From assembly GCA_963813815.1 (NCBI GenBank), contig CAWFAD010000007.1, positions 320,001 to 384,000 of the forward strand: DNA of 64,000 bases, in the 5' to 3' direction. Positions 1 to 9,982 of this stretch are shown here, in pieces (the first letter of the stretch is position 1; each line of letters opens with the position of its first letter). Made by a program: the position numbers and the translations under genes. The DNA comes from an uncultured bacterium. GTDB lineage: Bacteria; Krumholzibacteriota; Krumholzibacteriia; Krumholzibacteriales; Krumholzibacteriaceae. Below the pieces are notes generated by a model. The model was not told the DNA's origin, searched no databases, and saw only the letters and a list, made by a program, of their open reading frames with translations.

Positions 1-71
1 TAGCCCTGCGCATGCATTCCGGCAACAGCATTTCCCCGTGGCTCTCGGCGCGCTCCGCCCATTCCGCGGCG

Positions 72-100
72 TTGCATTATTTCGCCGCGAAACATATACT
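72..100 (+). promoter_or_regulatory. putative sigma70 promoter of murB
   Basis: TTGCAT(72-77)-17 nt-TATACT(95-100), 9 nt before the ATG at 110. Confidence 0.5.
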
Positions 101-109
101 GGATTGACC

Positions 110-1015
110 ATGCTGGATGCTCCATTCATGAGAGAGATCGAGAGAAGGCTCCCCGGAGGCATGCTCCGTGGTGAGCCGCTCTCACATCACACGACCTATC
201 GCGTCGGCGGCCCCGCCGAGCTTTTCGTCACTCCCGCCACGAGAGAAGAGGCTGAATGGCTCCGCGGTTTCGCGCAGCGTTCGGGAGCGCCGATCACGAT
301 GCTCGGAGCCGGCTCGAACGTCATAGCCCCCGATGTTGGCATTCCCGGAGTCGTGCTTCACATGAAGCAACCATCCGGGCGGATCGAATTCATGGATAAC
401 TTCCGGGTGAAGGTGGATGCGGGGATTCTCCTTGAGACGCTCGTCGAGTCATGTGCCTCGCGCGGTTTCGGCGGTATCGAGCCGCTCGCCGGGATTCCGG
501 GAACGGTCGGCGGCGCCGTCGTCATGAACGCCGGGACGCGCGAGACGGAGACAGCCTCTCTCCTCACCGCGATCGACGCGGTCGATCCCGAAGGCCGGCG
601 CCGGATGCTTGCCCGTGAGGACGTATCGTTCGGATACCGCCACAGTCTCTTTCAGGAACCGGGCTGGCTCGTGCTCGGCGCGGAGTTTCGTCTCAGCCCG
701 GCGGACGCGGCCGAATCGTTACGGCGGATCGAGGCGTTCGTTGCCGACCGGTGGGCGAAGTACCCGATGGACCTGGCGAGCGCCGGAAGCGTGTTCAAGC
801 GACCGCCGGGTGATTACGCGGGACGCCTCATCGAAGCGGCGGGTTGCAAGGGGACGCGCATCGGCGGCGCGCTCGTGAGCGAACGACACGCCAATTTCAT
901 CGTCAACACCGGTGCGGCGACCGCCGCCGACATCGTCGCGCTCATCGAGTTCGTGCGGGACTCCGTGTTCGAGAAGACCGGCGTGCGCCTCGAGCTGGAA
1001 CAGATCGTTTTATAA
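110..1015 (+). CDS. murB: UDP-N-acetylenolpyruvoylglucosamine reductase
   Basis: HTTYRVGGPA, LGAGSN, GIPGTVGGAVVMNAG, SAGSVFKRP, HANFIVN and terminal LELE motifs; ATG at 110 chosen over GTG at 38. Confidence 0.95.
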   Translation: MLDAPFMREIERRLPGGMLRGEPLSHHTTYRVGGPAELFVTPATREEAEWLRGFAQRSGAPITMLGAGSNVIAPDVGIPGVVLHMKQPSGRIEFMDNFRVKVDAGILLETLVESCASRGFGGIEPLAGIPGTVGGAVVMNAGTRETETASLLTAIDAVDPEGRRRMLAREDVSFGYRHSLFQEPGWLVLGAEFRLSPADAAESLRRIEAFVADRWAKYPMDLASAGSVFKRPPGDYAGRLIEAAGCKGTRIGGALVSERHANFIVNTGAATAADIVALIEFVRDSVFEKTGVRLELEQIVL

Positions 1016-1048
1016 TCGCCGCGCTCGTTCGCCGCAGAGAGGCACCGC

Positions 1049-2476
1049 TCAGCCTCTTTTCTTGATCAGCGCCGTCAGTTTCCCAACGAGCAGTTCGACC
1101 TCTTCGATACGAAGCAATCGCACAATCAAGAAATAGAGGGCCGCATACATCACGGCGCATATGGTCGCCTCCGCGATCGCATCCCCGTGCAGGAGATGGC
1201 TTGCGAAGAGTGCCGGCAGGGCCCCGATGGTGGCGAAGATGATGCGCACAATCTTCCCCCAGAGGAATAGCTGCGGCACTTTCAAACGGTAGATCGTCAG
1301 AATGCCTCGGGCGAAGTAGAGCGCCATCGCAGTTTCGGCGAGAACGAACGCAATGCCCGGCGAGACGAATCCGGTTGCGCCGAAAAAGGCGAGAATGAAA
1401 CCGATGTTGATGCAGATGGCCAGCAGGCCGCCGAAGATGTAATAGATGTTTCGATTTATGGCTCGAAGCGGGGTTCCCATCTCGAAGCATTGGATCACGA
1501 GGATGGTCATGTAGATTCGGAAGAGTGGCGTGGCCGCAATGTATTGGGCCGTGAAAAGGAGTTCGATGAACGTTCGCGCAAAGTAGAAGAAGACGACATA
1601 GACGGGGAAAATCAGAAAGCAGAATATTACGTTCGCCCTTCGCCAAAGATCAAGTCTCCCCGCGTCATCGGTCTGCGTCATCTCCGGGAAGAGCACGTCC
1701 ATGATGCTCGAACGGATGATGTTGATGACCGGGATCTGCTGGCTGCCGATCGAGTAGAGCGCGAGACTCTCGACCCCCATCTTGAGCCGAATTACGAAAT
1801 TCGCGACCTGGTTGTTGACGAGGGAGATGACCGAGGCCGAACCGAGCGGAACGATGAATCGAAGTTGTTCGCGGATGAGAACGACGTCGACCGCGCGCGT
1901 GAACATGCGTCTGAAGAGCGCGAGCGTGACGAGACATTTGACCGCCTCGACCGCGACCATACCCCAGAGAACGCTCGGGACGTCCCGCGTCGCGTACGCG
2001 ATGAGGACAACGGCGAGGGTGCGAACGACGACGCGCGCGGATGAGAAGTAGAGCACGTAGTCGGTCCGCTTTTTCCCGAGCCAGTAATGCTCGTAGAAAT
2101 CGAGGTTGACGAAGAAAAAGAGATAGGCGATGAGCGGCAGGACGAAATCGTAGCTCGTCTGGGCCCTTATGAGGTCCCCGGCGGCGAATACCGCGATGCC
2201 GCCGATGATGGACATGAGAAGAATGAAAATCGCGGTATTGGTGACGCTCTGCCGTTCCTTGTCGGGACGCTTCGGAATGAAGTAGAGGAGATTCGCGTTC
2301 ACGCCGAAACCGACGAGACCGGAGAGGAGCATCGCGTATATGATGAATTCCCGGTATTGTCCGTAAGCGTGCACGTCGAAGATGCGCACGAGAAATATGG
2401 GAGAGAGAATCATCACGCCGTAGTTCATCACGCGACAGATGATGAGAATAACGGCCCGTTTCGTGAGCGATGCCAT
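1049..2476 (-). CDS. Wzx/MOP-family oligosaccharide flippase
   Basis: 475 aa with many TM segments; PIFLVRIF..YGQY N-terminal pattern typical of polysaccharide flippases. Confidence 0.85.
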   Translation of the reverse strand: MASLTKRAVILIICRVMNYGVMILSPIFLVRIFDVHAYGQYREFIIYAMLLSGLVGFGVNANLLYFIPKRPDKERQSVTNTAIFILLMSIIGGIAVFAAGDLIRAQTSYDFVLPLIAYLFFFVNLDFYEHYWLGKKRTDYVLYFSSARVVVRTLAVVLIAYATRDVPSVLWGMVAVEAVKCLVTLALFRRMFTRAVDVVLIREQLRFIVPLGSASVISLVNNQVANFVIRLKMGVESLALYSIGSQQIPVINIIRSSIMDVLFPEMTQTDDAGRLDLWRRANVIFCFLIFPVYVVFFYFARTFIELLFTAQYIAATPLFRIYMTILVIQCFEMGTPLRAINRNIYYIFGGLLAICINIGFILAFFGATGFVSPGIAFVLAETAMALYFARGILTIYRLKVPQLFLWGKIVRIIFATIGALPALFASHLLHGDAIAEATICAVMYAALYFLIVRLLRIEEVELLVGKLTALIKKRG

Positions 2477-2488
2477 GAGCCCGCCCTT

Positions 2489-5047
2489 CTATTCGATCTC
2501 GATCCGGCCCACCTCGACGCCGCGGTACTGATCGTCATCGGTGAAAAGATCGGTCAATGCGTAGTTCGGATACTGCGGCCGTTCCGCCATCCGGAGGTGG
2601 ATCGTGTAGATGCCCGGCGCCACGTCGAGGGGAATCGCGAACGTCACCCGGTCGCGGATCTCCCTCAGCGGCGGCCACTCGTTGGGCGGAAACATCCCCG
2701 CGAGCGGCTGAAAATCGATCCGGAACCGGTACCGCTCCCCCGCGAGCCGCTCGCGGATCTTGCGGTAGGGTTTGCCCCATGCGGGGCGGTAGAGCGGGCC
2801 CGTCGGAAAGCCGGTCTCGAATCGCAGGTGCGCGACGTAGCTCGAAAAGGGGACCGGCCCGGTTGCCACCCAGACGACGCGCGCCGAGAGCGTGTCGCCG
2901 CGCGCCGCGCGAGAAAGGCTCGTCCCCGCCCGCGCGATGCGGATGCCCGGCATTCGCGAATCGAAGGCGGCCGCGGCGGTTCGTTCGTCGAGGGCTTCGC
3001 CGAGGAAGGGCGGCGCGGCGGACGCGCACGCCTTCGCCCGCTCCCGGTCGTACTCGAAGAGCGACAGCGATTTCTCGCGGAAACGCTCCGTGAACGCCGG
3101 ACATCTGCGGAGCCCGGCGGCGGCTGAATCCGCCGAGGAGCCTCCGCTCTTCCAGTAGGCGGTCCCGACGCTCGCGGGCATCCTGCCGTTGACGACGAGG
3201 CAGCGCGCGCCGTAGGCGTCGAGCAGAGTCGCGACTTCCTCGGGAGACGTCCACGGGTTCAGCATGCGCCGCGCGTCGACGATGCGCCGGATCGCCGTCG
3301 AGTCGTTCGGCGTCGCGTGCTGATCGAAAGGCACCATGGCGTATCCATCCGTAAAGGCCGGTATGCCGAAGCTCGTGACGGGATCGGCCGCTATGACGCT
3401 TCCCGGCGGAACGTTCCCTTCGACGAAGGCGAAGAGGTCGGCGAGATCGCGAAAGCTCGCCGTCTCGGTCGCGGCGATCGAGCCGGCGGAGTATGCGAAC
3501 CGGCCGAGCGTCCGCGCGAGCGGCGGCCCCGCGACCGCCGCGAAGAGCGCGAGCCCGGCAAAGGCGGCCGCTCTCGATCGCGCGCCGCCGCGCAGCGCCC
3601 GAACGAGCTCCGCGAGGAGGAACGCCGAGACGAGCATCGACGGAACGGCGAACTCGAAGCGAATGAGAAGGTAGGAGAGCTTCCGCAGCAGGAAGGGGAA
3701 CCAGAGGGGAACGAAGAGCAAGAGATACACGGCGCCGATGCCGTGCGCGAGCAGGCGATAGCGTTCCTCACCGCGCCCGCGCCGCCACAGCGCAACAAGG
3801 GCCAGAAGCGACAGAAATCCGAGCGGCCCCGCCGCCTGGGCGAAGACGATCGGATTCATCACGTAGAGCGCGCCGGTGAAGTGGAGCACCCCTTGGACGT
3901 GCGTGTGAATGGCGTTGTTCGGAGCGTAGTCGCGGAGATACCGCATGGCGAGGTAGGGGGCCGAGATCGCGAACGCCGAGGCCGCGAACGCGCCGATTCG
4001 TCTCAAGGACGTCCCGCGCCGCGCTCCGCCGCCCCGCCGGAGCAGCGCGGAGAGCGCGAACACGCCCGACAGGAACAGCAGAACCGCGAAGTGCGCGATG
4101 TGCGCTCCCGCGGCGGCGAAGGCCGAGGCGGCGGCGATGGCGAGGATGCTCCGCTTTCCCGACGAGAGCCACGAAAGGCCGAAGGCCAGCGCGGCGACGT
4201 ACGGCGCCTTTCCGAAGCCATACCCCGTTCCCATGGAGACGAGCGAGTAGCGCGAGAGACCGCCGTCGTAGAGGAGCACGGCGAGGAGGGCCGCGAGAAG
4301 CCCTATCCACGCGCTGCCGAAGATCAGTATCCCCGCCGCGAAAAGGGCGACGAGGAAAAACGTCGAGCCGATCGCCGCAACGAGCGGCCAGACCTCGGAC
4401 GCCGCGGGCTCGCCCGCGAGAGCGGCGAGTGACCCCCAGAGCGCGTGAGCCAGCCCCTTGCGGATGTCTCGGGTGAGGATCCCGCCATCGGCGTAGTAGA
4501 AGCGCTCCGGGAAGACCTCGTGCGTGCGGGCGATGGTTCGAATGTAAGCGATGTGATCGGCCGAGTCGGACGTGTAGAGGAGCGGATCGCCCGCCCCAAG
4601 GATGAGCGCGCAGCAGGTCGCGGCGAGAACGAGGAGGAGGATCGCCGGAGCCCGGTCGGCCCGAGCGCCCGCGGCCGCGGCGCTGGGGCGGTCCGAAACG
4701 GGCGCTCGCCGCGGCGCGATCGCGAGGAGCACGACGAGCGGCGGGACGACGATCCGGACGAGCGTGATGTCGAGCTTGAAAAGCGCGAGCACAAACAGCA
4801 CGGCGAAGATCACCGCCGTGCCGAGCGCGAGGGAGGCGAGCGCGAAAACCGGCGGCCGCGCCGCGGGCGCGAAACGGCGGGCGAGCAGCGCGCCGGGAAC
4901 GATCACGAGATAGAGGAAGAAGAAGAGGAAGAGGGCGCCGCGGGAGGGAACGAGTCCCGGGAAAAAGCTCAGAATCGCGAAGAGCGCAGTCAGGGCGAGC
5001 GGAAACGCGCCCCCGAGGTTCAGTTTAGCTCTGCTGTCTCTCGTCAT
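2489..5047 (-). CDS. large polytopic membrane protein, GT-C-like (putative glycosyltransferase)
   Basis: C-terminal part of the 2489..6916 ORF from ATG 5047 (MTRDSRAK); many TM helices, SDSADH acidic motif in an extracytoplasmic loop, soluble C-terminal domains. Confidence 0.65.
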   Translation of the reverse strand: MTRDSRAKLNLGGAFPLALTALFAILSFFPGLVPSRGALFLFFFLYLVIVPGALLARRFAPAARPPVFALASLALGTAVIFAVLFVLALFKLDITLVRIVVPPLVVLLAIAPRRAPVSDRPSAAAAGARADRAPAILLLVLAATCCALILGAGDPLLYTSDSADHIAYIRTIARTHEVFPERFYYADGGILTRDIRKGLAHALWGSLAALAGEPAASEVWPLVAAIGSTFFLVALFAAGILIFGSAWIGLLAALLAVLLYDGGLSRYSLVSMGTGYGFGKAPYVAALAFGLSWLSSGKRSILAIAAASAFAAAGAHIAHFAVLLFLSGVFALSALLRRGGGARRGTSLRRIGAFAASAFAISAPYLAMRYLRDYAPNNAIHTHVQGVLHFTGALYVMNPIVFAQAAGPLGFLSLLALVALWRRGRGEERYRLLAHGIGAVYLLLFVPLWFPFLLRKLSYLLIRFEFAVPSMLVSAFLLAELVRALRGGARSRAAAFAGLALFAAVAGPPLARTLGRFAYSAGSIAATETASFRDLADLFAFVEGNVPPGSVIAADPVTSFGIPAFTDGYAMVPFDQHATPNDSTAIRRIVDARRMLNPWTSPEEVATLLDAYGARCLVVNGRMPASVGTAYWKSGGSSADSAAAGLRRCPAFTERFREKSLSLFEYDRERAKACASAAPPFLGEALDERTAAAAFDSRMPGIRIARAGTSLSRAARGDTLSARVVWVATGPVPFSSYVAHLRFETGFPTGPLYRPAWGKPYRKIRERLAGERYRFRIDFQPLAGMFPPNEWPPLREIRDRVTFAIPLDVAPGIYTIHLRMAERPQYPNYALTDLFTDDDQYRGVEVGRIEIE

Positions 5048-5179
5048 AGATTCCGTTCCGGACGCGCCGCTCCAATCTATCCCTTGTCCGCGCTCTTGTG
5101 AAGAATTAAAATGCGCGCGGCCCGGCACGGGCGCGTTGCTTGCATCGATCGTACCGCCGCGCGGGAGGGCGGCTGTGCC

Positions 5180-6985
5180 ATGGCGGGTTTCACGGGCATA
5201 TTCGGCGAGCGCTTCGCCGGAGCCGGCGCTTCGGCGCTCTTCCCGGCGATCGACCCTCTCGGCATCGACGAGCGGAAGATTCTCGCGGCCGGCCGGGGAT
5301 TCTTCGCCGTTTCCGCGCGGCGCAACACGCCGCTCGAGGGCGGGGCGTGGCACGAGAGCGGCGAGTTCGCGGCCTGCTTCGCCGGAGACTTCGCGGATGG
5401 CGGCGCCATCCCCTGGGAATCGCTCTTCGATGCGCTCCGCGGCGGCGGGCCCGGCGAATTTCCCGAGATGAGCGGGCTTTTTGCCTTCTCCTTTTTCGAC
5501 AAGGCGCGGGACGTGCTCTACCTCGCGAGCGACCTCTACTCGTTCTTTCCCGTTTATTACTGCATCGACAATGGCTCCGCGATCGTTTCGACCTCCGTCG
5601 CCTCGTTCCCCCGCGTGGGCGAGTTCGAGTTCAATCCGGAGTGGCTCTATCAGTATCTGCTGTTCAGCTTTCCCGTGGGACCGACGGGCATCTGGAAGAA
5701 CGTCCGCCGCATGCCGCCCTCGAGCGTGCTGCGATGTGACCTGCGCTCGGGACGGGTTTCGTTCTCCCGCTATGGAGCAGGATTCCGGCGGGCGCCGAAG
5801 CTTCTCGAGGGGCGCGAGGCCCTCGAGCGCGCGTTCGAGGTCTTCGACGAGCGGATGCCCCGCTATTTCGCCGGGACGGGGGAGTTCGCCCACGCCCTCT
5901 CGGGGGGGTACGACACTCGCACCGTGCTCGCCTTCGTTCCGCCGGAACGCGAGCGGGACCTCTTCGCCTATACGTACGGGCGCGCCGGAAGCGGCGACAT
6001 CGCCGAATCGCGAATGGTGGCGCGCGCCCTCGGGCTGCGCCACGGGGAGATCCTCTTCGACGAGGCGTACGAGGCGCGGCTCCCCGAGCTCGCCCGCGAG
6101 ACGGTCCGGCTCGCGGGGGGGATCGAGAACATCAACAGGGCCTATCTCGCCCACGTCTATCCCCTCGTCACGGAAAGGGGCACGCGCCGGCCGTTCGCGC
6201 TGAGCGGGATCGGCGCCGACGCGCTCTTCCGCGGCCACGTCCCGACGCCGAACGGCCTCTCGTACGACATGGATCGCTCGTACCGGACGGGCCGCGTCTC
6301 GATCGACGCCTCGTTCTGGAAGAGGGTCTTCGGGCCCCGGTTCGACGAGTTCTACGCGTGCGCCGAGCGCGGCATGAGCTGGATGGTCGAGACCTACGGC
6401 CCCTTCGGCCCCGTCGAGAGCTATTTCGCCTACGAGATCTACGAGGGGCTGCCGCGCTACTTCAACGGCGAGCTCTCGATCGCGGACCAGTTCACCTCTC
6501 TCAGAATCCCCTTCGTGGATCCGGGCATCGTGCGGCTCGCCTGCGAGATCGAATACAGCGTCTTCAAGCTCTGGCGCTTCATCAACGACGATACCTACCG
6601 CGAGAGCCGGCTCCAGACCTCCCTCATGGCGCGACATCCGAAGCTTTCCCGGATCAAGCTCCACGGGATGCCGCTCTCGGCCTTCGCGAGCGGCAGCAAG
6701 AGGCGCCACGATCTTCTGCGCCTCATCCACAGGGGTCCCGCAAAGCTCCGCGCGGCGGCGCGCCGGGAGCGCAGGCCCGGACTCGAGAACTGGGCGAGCT
6801 GGTACGAGACCTCTCTCCGGGGCGAGCTCGAGAGGCGGCTCGCTCCGGAATCGCGCGTCTGCCGTTACGTCGCCCCCGAGTTCGTCGCCGCGATGCGCGC
6901 CGAGAAGAACATGCACTGGCTCAAGATCGTCGCCACGCTCGATGTCGCGCTCGAGCTCGCCGAGAACGGCTGGAAGAGGCCGTGA
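5180..6985 (+). CDS. asparagine-synthetase-like (Ntn + ATP pyrophosphatase) protein
   Basis: MSGLFAFSFFD..LYLASD Ntn-like region, LSGGYDTR PP-loop, LSGIGADALF and RIPFVD motifs; start MAGFTGIFG after GGGAGG. Confidence 0.8.
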   Translation: MAGFTGIFGERFAGAGASALFPAIDPLGIDERKILAAGRGFFAVSARRNTPLEGGAWHESGEFAACFAGDFADGGAIPWESLFDALRGGGPGEFPEMSGLFAFSFFDKARDVLYLASDLYSFFPVYYCIDNGSAIVSTSVASFPRVGEFEFNPEWLYQYLLFSFPVGPTGIWKNVRRMPPSSVLRCDLRSGRVSFSRYGAGFRRAPKLLEGREALERAFEVFDERMPRYFAGTGEFAHALSGGYDTRTVLAFVPPERERDLFAYTYGRAGSGDIAESRMVARALGLRHGEILFDEAYEARLPELARETVRLAGGIENINRAYLAHVYPLVTERGTRRPFALSGIGADALFRGHVPTPNGLSYDMDRSYRTGRVSIDASFWKRVFGPRFDEFYACAERGMSWMVETYGPFGPVESYFAYEIYEGLPRYFNGELSIADQFTSLRIPFVDPGIVRLACEIEYSVFKLWRFINDDTYRESRLQTSLMARHPKLSRIKLHGMPLSAFASGSKRRHDLLRLIHRGPAKLRAAARRERRPGLENWASWYETSLRGELERRLAPESRVCRYVAPEFVAAMRAEKNMHWLKIVATLDVALELAENGWKRP

Positions 6986-7099
6986 AGGCCCCGCCGGACC
7001 CGCCAGTCATCAGTTGACATTCGCGCGGTTCCTCGCGTTAAATGAAGGTGCGTATTCCGCGTTGCGAGCGACCGACGACATCACTTCCAAGGAGGAGGC

Positions 7100-9082
7100 A
7101 TGGAAGAGAGCAAGGGTCCGCGCAGGCTGCCGCCGAACGCCTACCGGGCGCTCGGGCCGGGCGAAACGTACCAGCCGTACGTTCCGTCGAGCTCGACGAT
7201 TCCGGAGGTGACGGTCCGCAGCGTCACGATCGGGATGGTCATGGCGGCCATCTTCACCGCCGCGGCGGCGTACCTCGGCCTCAAGATCGGCCAGGTCTTC
7301 GAGGCGGCCATTCCGATCGCGATTCTCGCCGTCGGCATGGCCGGCCTTTTCGCGCGCCGGAGCACGATCTCCGAGAACGTCATCATCCAGTCGATCGGCG
7401 CCGCGTCGGGCACGATCGTCGCCGGCATGATTTTTACGCTGCCGGGGCTCTTCATCCTCGGGCTCGACGTGCGGTTCTACCAGACCTTTCTCGCCGCGCT
7501 GCTCGGGGGCATCCTCGGCGTCGTCTATCTCGTGCCGCTTCGCCGCTACTTCGTGAGGGAGCAGCACGGGCTGCTTCCCTTCCCCGAAGGGACCGCCATC
7601 GCCGAGGTGCTCGTGACGGGAGAGGGTGGCGGCGAGCAGGCGAAGGTGCTCGTCAAGGCCGCGGCGATCGGCGGCATCTACGATTTCTGCGTGGCGACCT
7701 TCGGGCTCTGGCGCGAGGTCGTCTCGACGCGCGTCGTGCCGCAGCTCGCCTCGATCGCCGAGAGCGCGAAGATCGTCGCCAAGATCAACGTCGGTGCCGC
7801 GGTGACGGGCCTCGGCTACATCATCGGGCTCAAGTACTCCTCCATCATCGTCGCGGGAAGCTTCGTTTCGTGGCTCGTGCTCATTCCGGCGATCTGGTAT
7901 TTCGGGCGCAACGTCGGCGTTCCCATCGGCGGCGCCGGCATTCCGATCTCGCAGATGGCGGCCGAGGACATCTTTACGAACTACGTCCGGCACATCGGCA
8001 TCGGCGGGATCGCGATGGCCGGAATCATCGGCATTCTCAAGTCCTCGAAGATCATCGTTTCGGCCTTCTCCGTCGGTTTCAGGGAGATGTTCGCGAAGAA
8101 GGCAGCCGGCCACGCGGAGGCCATCGAGCGCACCGACCGCGATATGAAGATGTCGAACGTGATCCTCATCATCGTCGCCACACTCGTCGCGATCTTCCTC
8201 TTTTTCGGGCTCGGCGTCGTCGACACGTGGGGTTTCGCGGGGATCGCGCTCGTGGTCGTCGCCATCATCAGCTTCCTCTTCACGACCGTCGCGGCGCGCG
8301 CCATCGCGATCGTCGGCGTCAATCCCGTCTCGGGAATGACGCTCATGACGCTCATCCTCTCGAGCGTTATCCTCGTGAACGCGGGGCTCCGCGGCGAGGC
8401 GGGAATGCTCTCGGCGCTCATCATCGGCGGGGTCGTCTGCACGGCCCTCGCGACGGCGGGCGCCTTTATCAGCGATCTCAAGGTCGGCTACTGGCTCGGA
8501 ACGACCCCGCGCAACCAGGAGCGCCTCAAGTTCGCCGGGATCCTCGTTTCCGCGCTCTGCGTGACGGGCGTGCTCATGCTGCTGAACAAGGTGTACGGGT
8601 TCACGGGTCCGAAGGCCCTCGCCGCGCCGCAGGCGAACGCGATGGCCGCCGTCATCAAGGCGCTCATGGCGGATACGTCGGCTCCCTGGCTCCTGTATAC
8701 CGCGGGCATCTTCATGGCGCTCACGCTCGAGCTCATCAAGATCGCGCCGCTCCCCTTCGCGCTCGGGATGTATCTCCCGATCCAGCTCAACACGCCGCTC
8801 ATCGTCGGCGGCTTCATCGCCCATCTCGTCGCCACGAGGAGCAAGAGCGAGGACGTCAACACGCGCCGGCGCGAGCGCGGCACGCTCATCGCTTCCGGCT
8901 TCATCGCCGGCGGCGCTCTCATGGGGGTCGTGAGCGCGCTGCTCGCGCTTCCCGGCTGGAACGAGGCGCTCAATACCGGCATCGCCGAGCGGCCCGTCGG
9001 CGAGGTGATCGCCGTCGCGGCCTTCGCCGCGCTGTGCCTCTACCTCTACTTCGACGCGAAGAAAGGCGCCTCCGACACGTGA
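7100..9082 (+). CDS. OPT-family oligopeptide transporter
   Basis: YLGLKIGQVFEAAIPIAI, FPEGTA, NPVSGMTL, APQANAMA, ASGFIAGG motifs; strong AGGAGG RBS. Confidence 0.93.
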   Translation: MEESKGPRRLPPNAYRALGPGETYQPYVPSSSTIPEVTVRSVTIGMVMAAIFTAAAAYLGLKIGQVFEAAIPIAILAVGMAGLFARRSTISENVIIQSIGAASGTIVAGMIFTLPGLFILGLDVRFYQTFLAALLGGILGVVYLVPLRRYFVREQHGLLPFPEGTAIAEVLVTGEGGGEQAKVLVKAAAIGGIYDFCVATFGLWREVVSTRVVPQLASIAESAKIVAKINVGAAVTGLGYIIGLKYSSIIVAGSFVSWLVLIPAIWYFGRNVGVPIGGAGIPISQMAAEDIFTNYVRHIGIGGIAMAGIIGILKSSKIIVSAFSVGFREMFAKKAAGHAEAIERTDRDMKMSNVILIIVATLVAIFLFFGLGVVDTWGFAGIALVVVAIISFLFTTVAARAIAIVGVNPVSGMTLMTLILSSVILVNAGLRGEAGMLSALIIGGVVCTALATAGAFISDLKVGYWLGTTPRNQERLKFAGILVSALCVTGVLMLLNKVYGFTGPKALAAPQANAMAAVIKALMADTSAPWLLYTAGIFMALTLELIKIAPLPFALGMYLPIQLNTPLIVGGFIAHLVATRSKSEDVNTRRRERGTLIASGFIAGGALMGVVSALLALPGWNEALNTGIAERPVGEVIAVAAFAALCLYLYFDAKKGASDT

Positions 9083-9903
9083 AGCGTCTCATAGGCCGGA
9101 TCGTCTTCGCGCTCGACCGTCTCATGCCGCGCGCCCGCGTCGGCGGCAGGGAGTCGAGCGAGGCATACTCGCTCTGGGAGTACCGCACGGGAAAAGGACT
9201 GCTCGAGGAGTACGGCGGCCGCATCGGCCCGCTCGCCGGAAAGCTCGTGCTCGACGTCGGCTGCGGCCTCGGCGGCAAAACGGCCGCCTACGCCGAGGCG
9301 GGCGCGTGCGTCGTCGGGGTGGACATCTCGAAAGAGTGCGTATCGGGATCCCGCGCGTTCGACCCGGGCGGATCGGCGTCCGCGCCGTCGTTCGTCGCCG
9401 GCGACGCGAGGCGCCTGCCGTTCGCGGACGACTCCTTCGACGCGATCATCGCGAACGACTCCCTCGAACACTTTTCCGATCCGGCGGTGGCGCTCGGGGA
9501 GTTCGCCCGGGCGCTCCGGCCGGGGGGCGTGCTCGCGCTCTTTTTCACCCCCTGGGGCTCGCCGCTCGGATCCCATCTGTACGATTACATCCGGACCCCC
9601 TGGTGTCATCTCCTGTTTCCCGAATGGCTCATACGGGAGCTGCTCCGTCGTTCGCTCGCCGCGCGCGGGGAGGCGGATCCCGCGGGACGGGCGAGAGAGC
9701 TCATGCGCGAGTACCATGTCGAGCTCAACCGGATCACCGTCCGGCGGTATCGCCGCATCCTGCGGGCAGCGACGCGTCTCGAGCCCGTGTACGAGGAGCG
9801 GAAACCTCCGAAGTTCCGCGCGCTCGCGCCGCTCGCGCGCCTGCCGCTCGCGGGGGAGATCTTTACGGGAACGGTGGTCTCGATCGCCGTAAAACGGCGG
9901 TAG
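9079..9903 (+). CDS. class I SAM-dependent methyltransferase
   Basis: VLDVGCGLGG, GVDIS, GDARRLPFADDSFD, LRPGG motifs; GTG start overlaps the OPT stop (GTGA). Confidence 0.88.
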   Translation: MKRLIGRIVFALDRLMPRARVGGRESSEAYSLWEYRTGKGLLEEYGGRIGPLAGKLVLDVGCGLGGKTAAYAEAGACVVGVDISKECVSGSRAFDPGGSASAPSFVAGDARRLPFADDSFDAIIANDSLEHFSDPAVALGEFARALRPGGVLALFFTPWGSPLGSHLYDYIRTPWCHLLFPEWLIRELLRRSLAARGEADPAGRARELMREYHVELNRITVRRYRRILRAATRLEPVYEERKPPKFRALAPLARLPLAGEIFTGTVVSIAVKRR

Positions 9904-9982
9904 GGCGGCAATCGGCTTGACGCGGCGCTCGTGCTGTGGTATTCCTTGCGGGCCGCGAGCAAAGGAGTTTCGCGGCGACACT

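Noticed and set aside
1..40. Possible start of a divergent minus-strand gene or RNA at the window edge
   Set aside because: Too little sequence to support a call
5048..6916. N-terminal 620 aa of the 1475-aa minus-strand ORF 2489..6916
   Set aside because: Antisense shadow of the Asn-synthetase-like gene; the membrane-protein sequence starts at ATG 5047
5180..6985. Lasso-peptide cyclase interpretation
   Set aside because: No precursor peptide, RRE or B2 protease gene is visible; the neighbours are glycan genes
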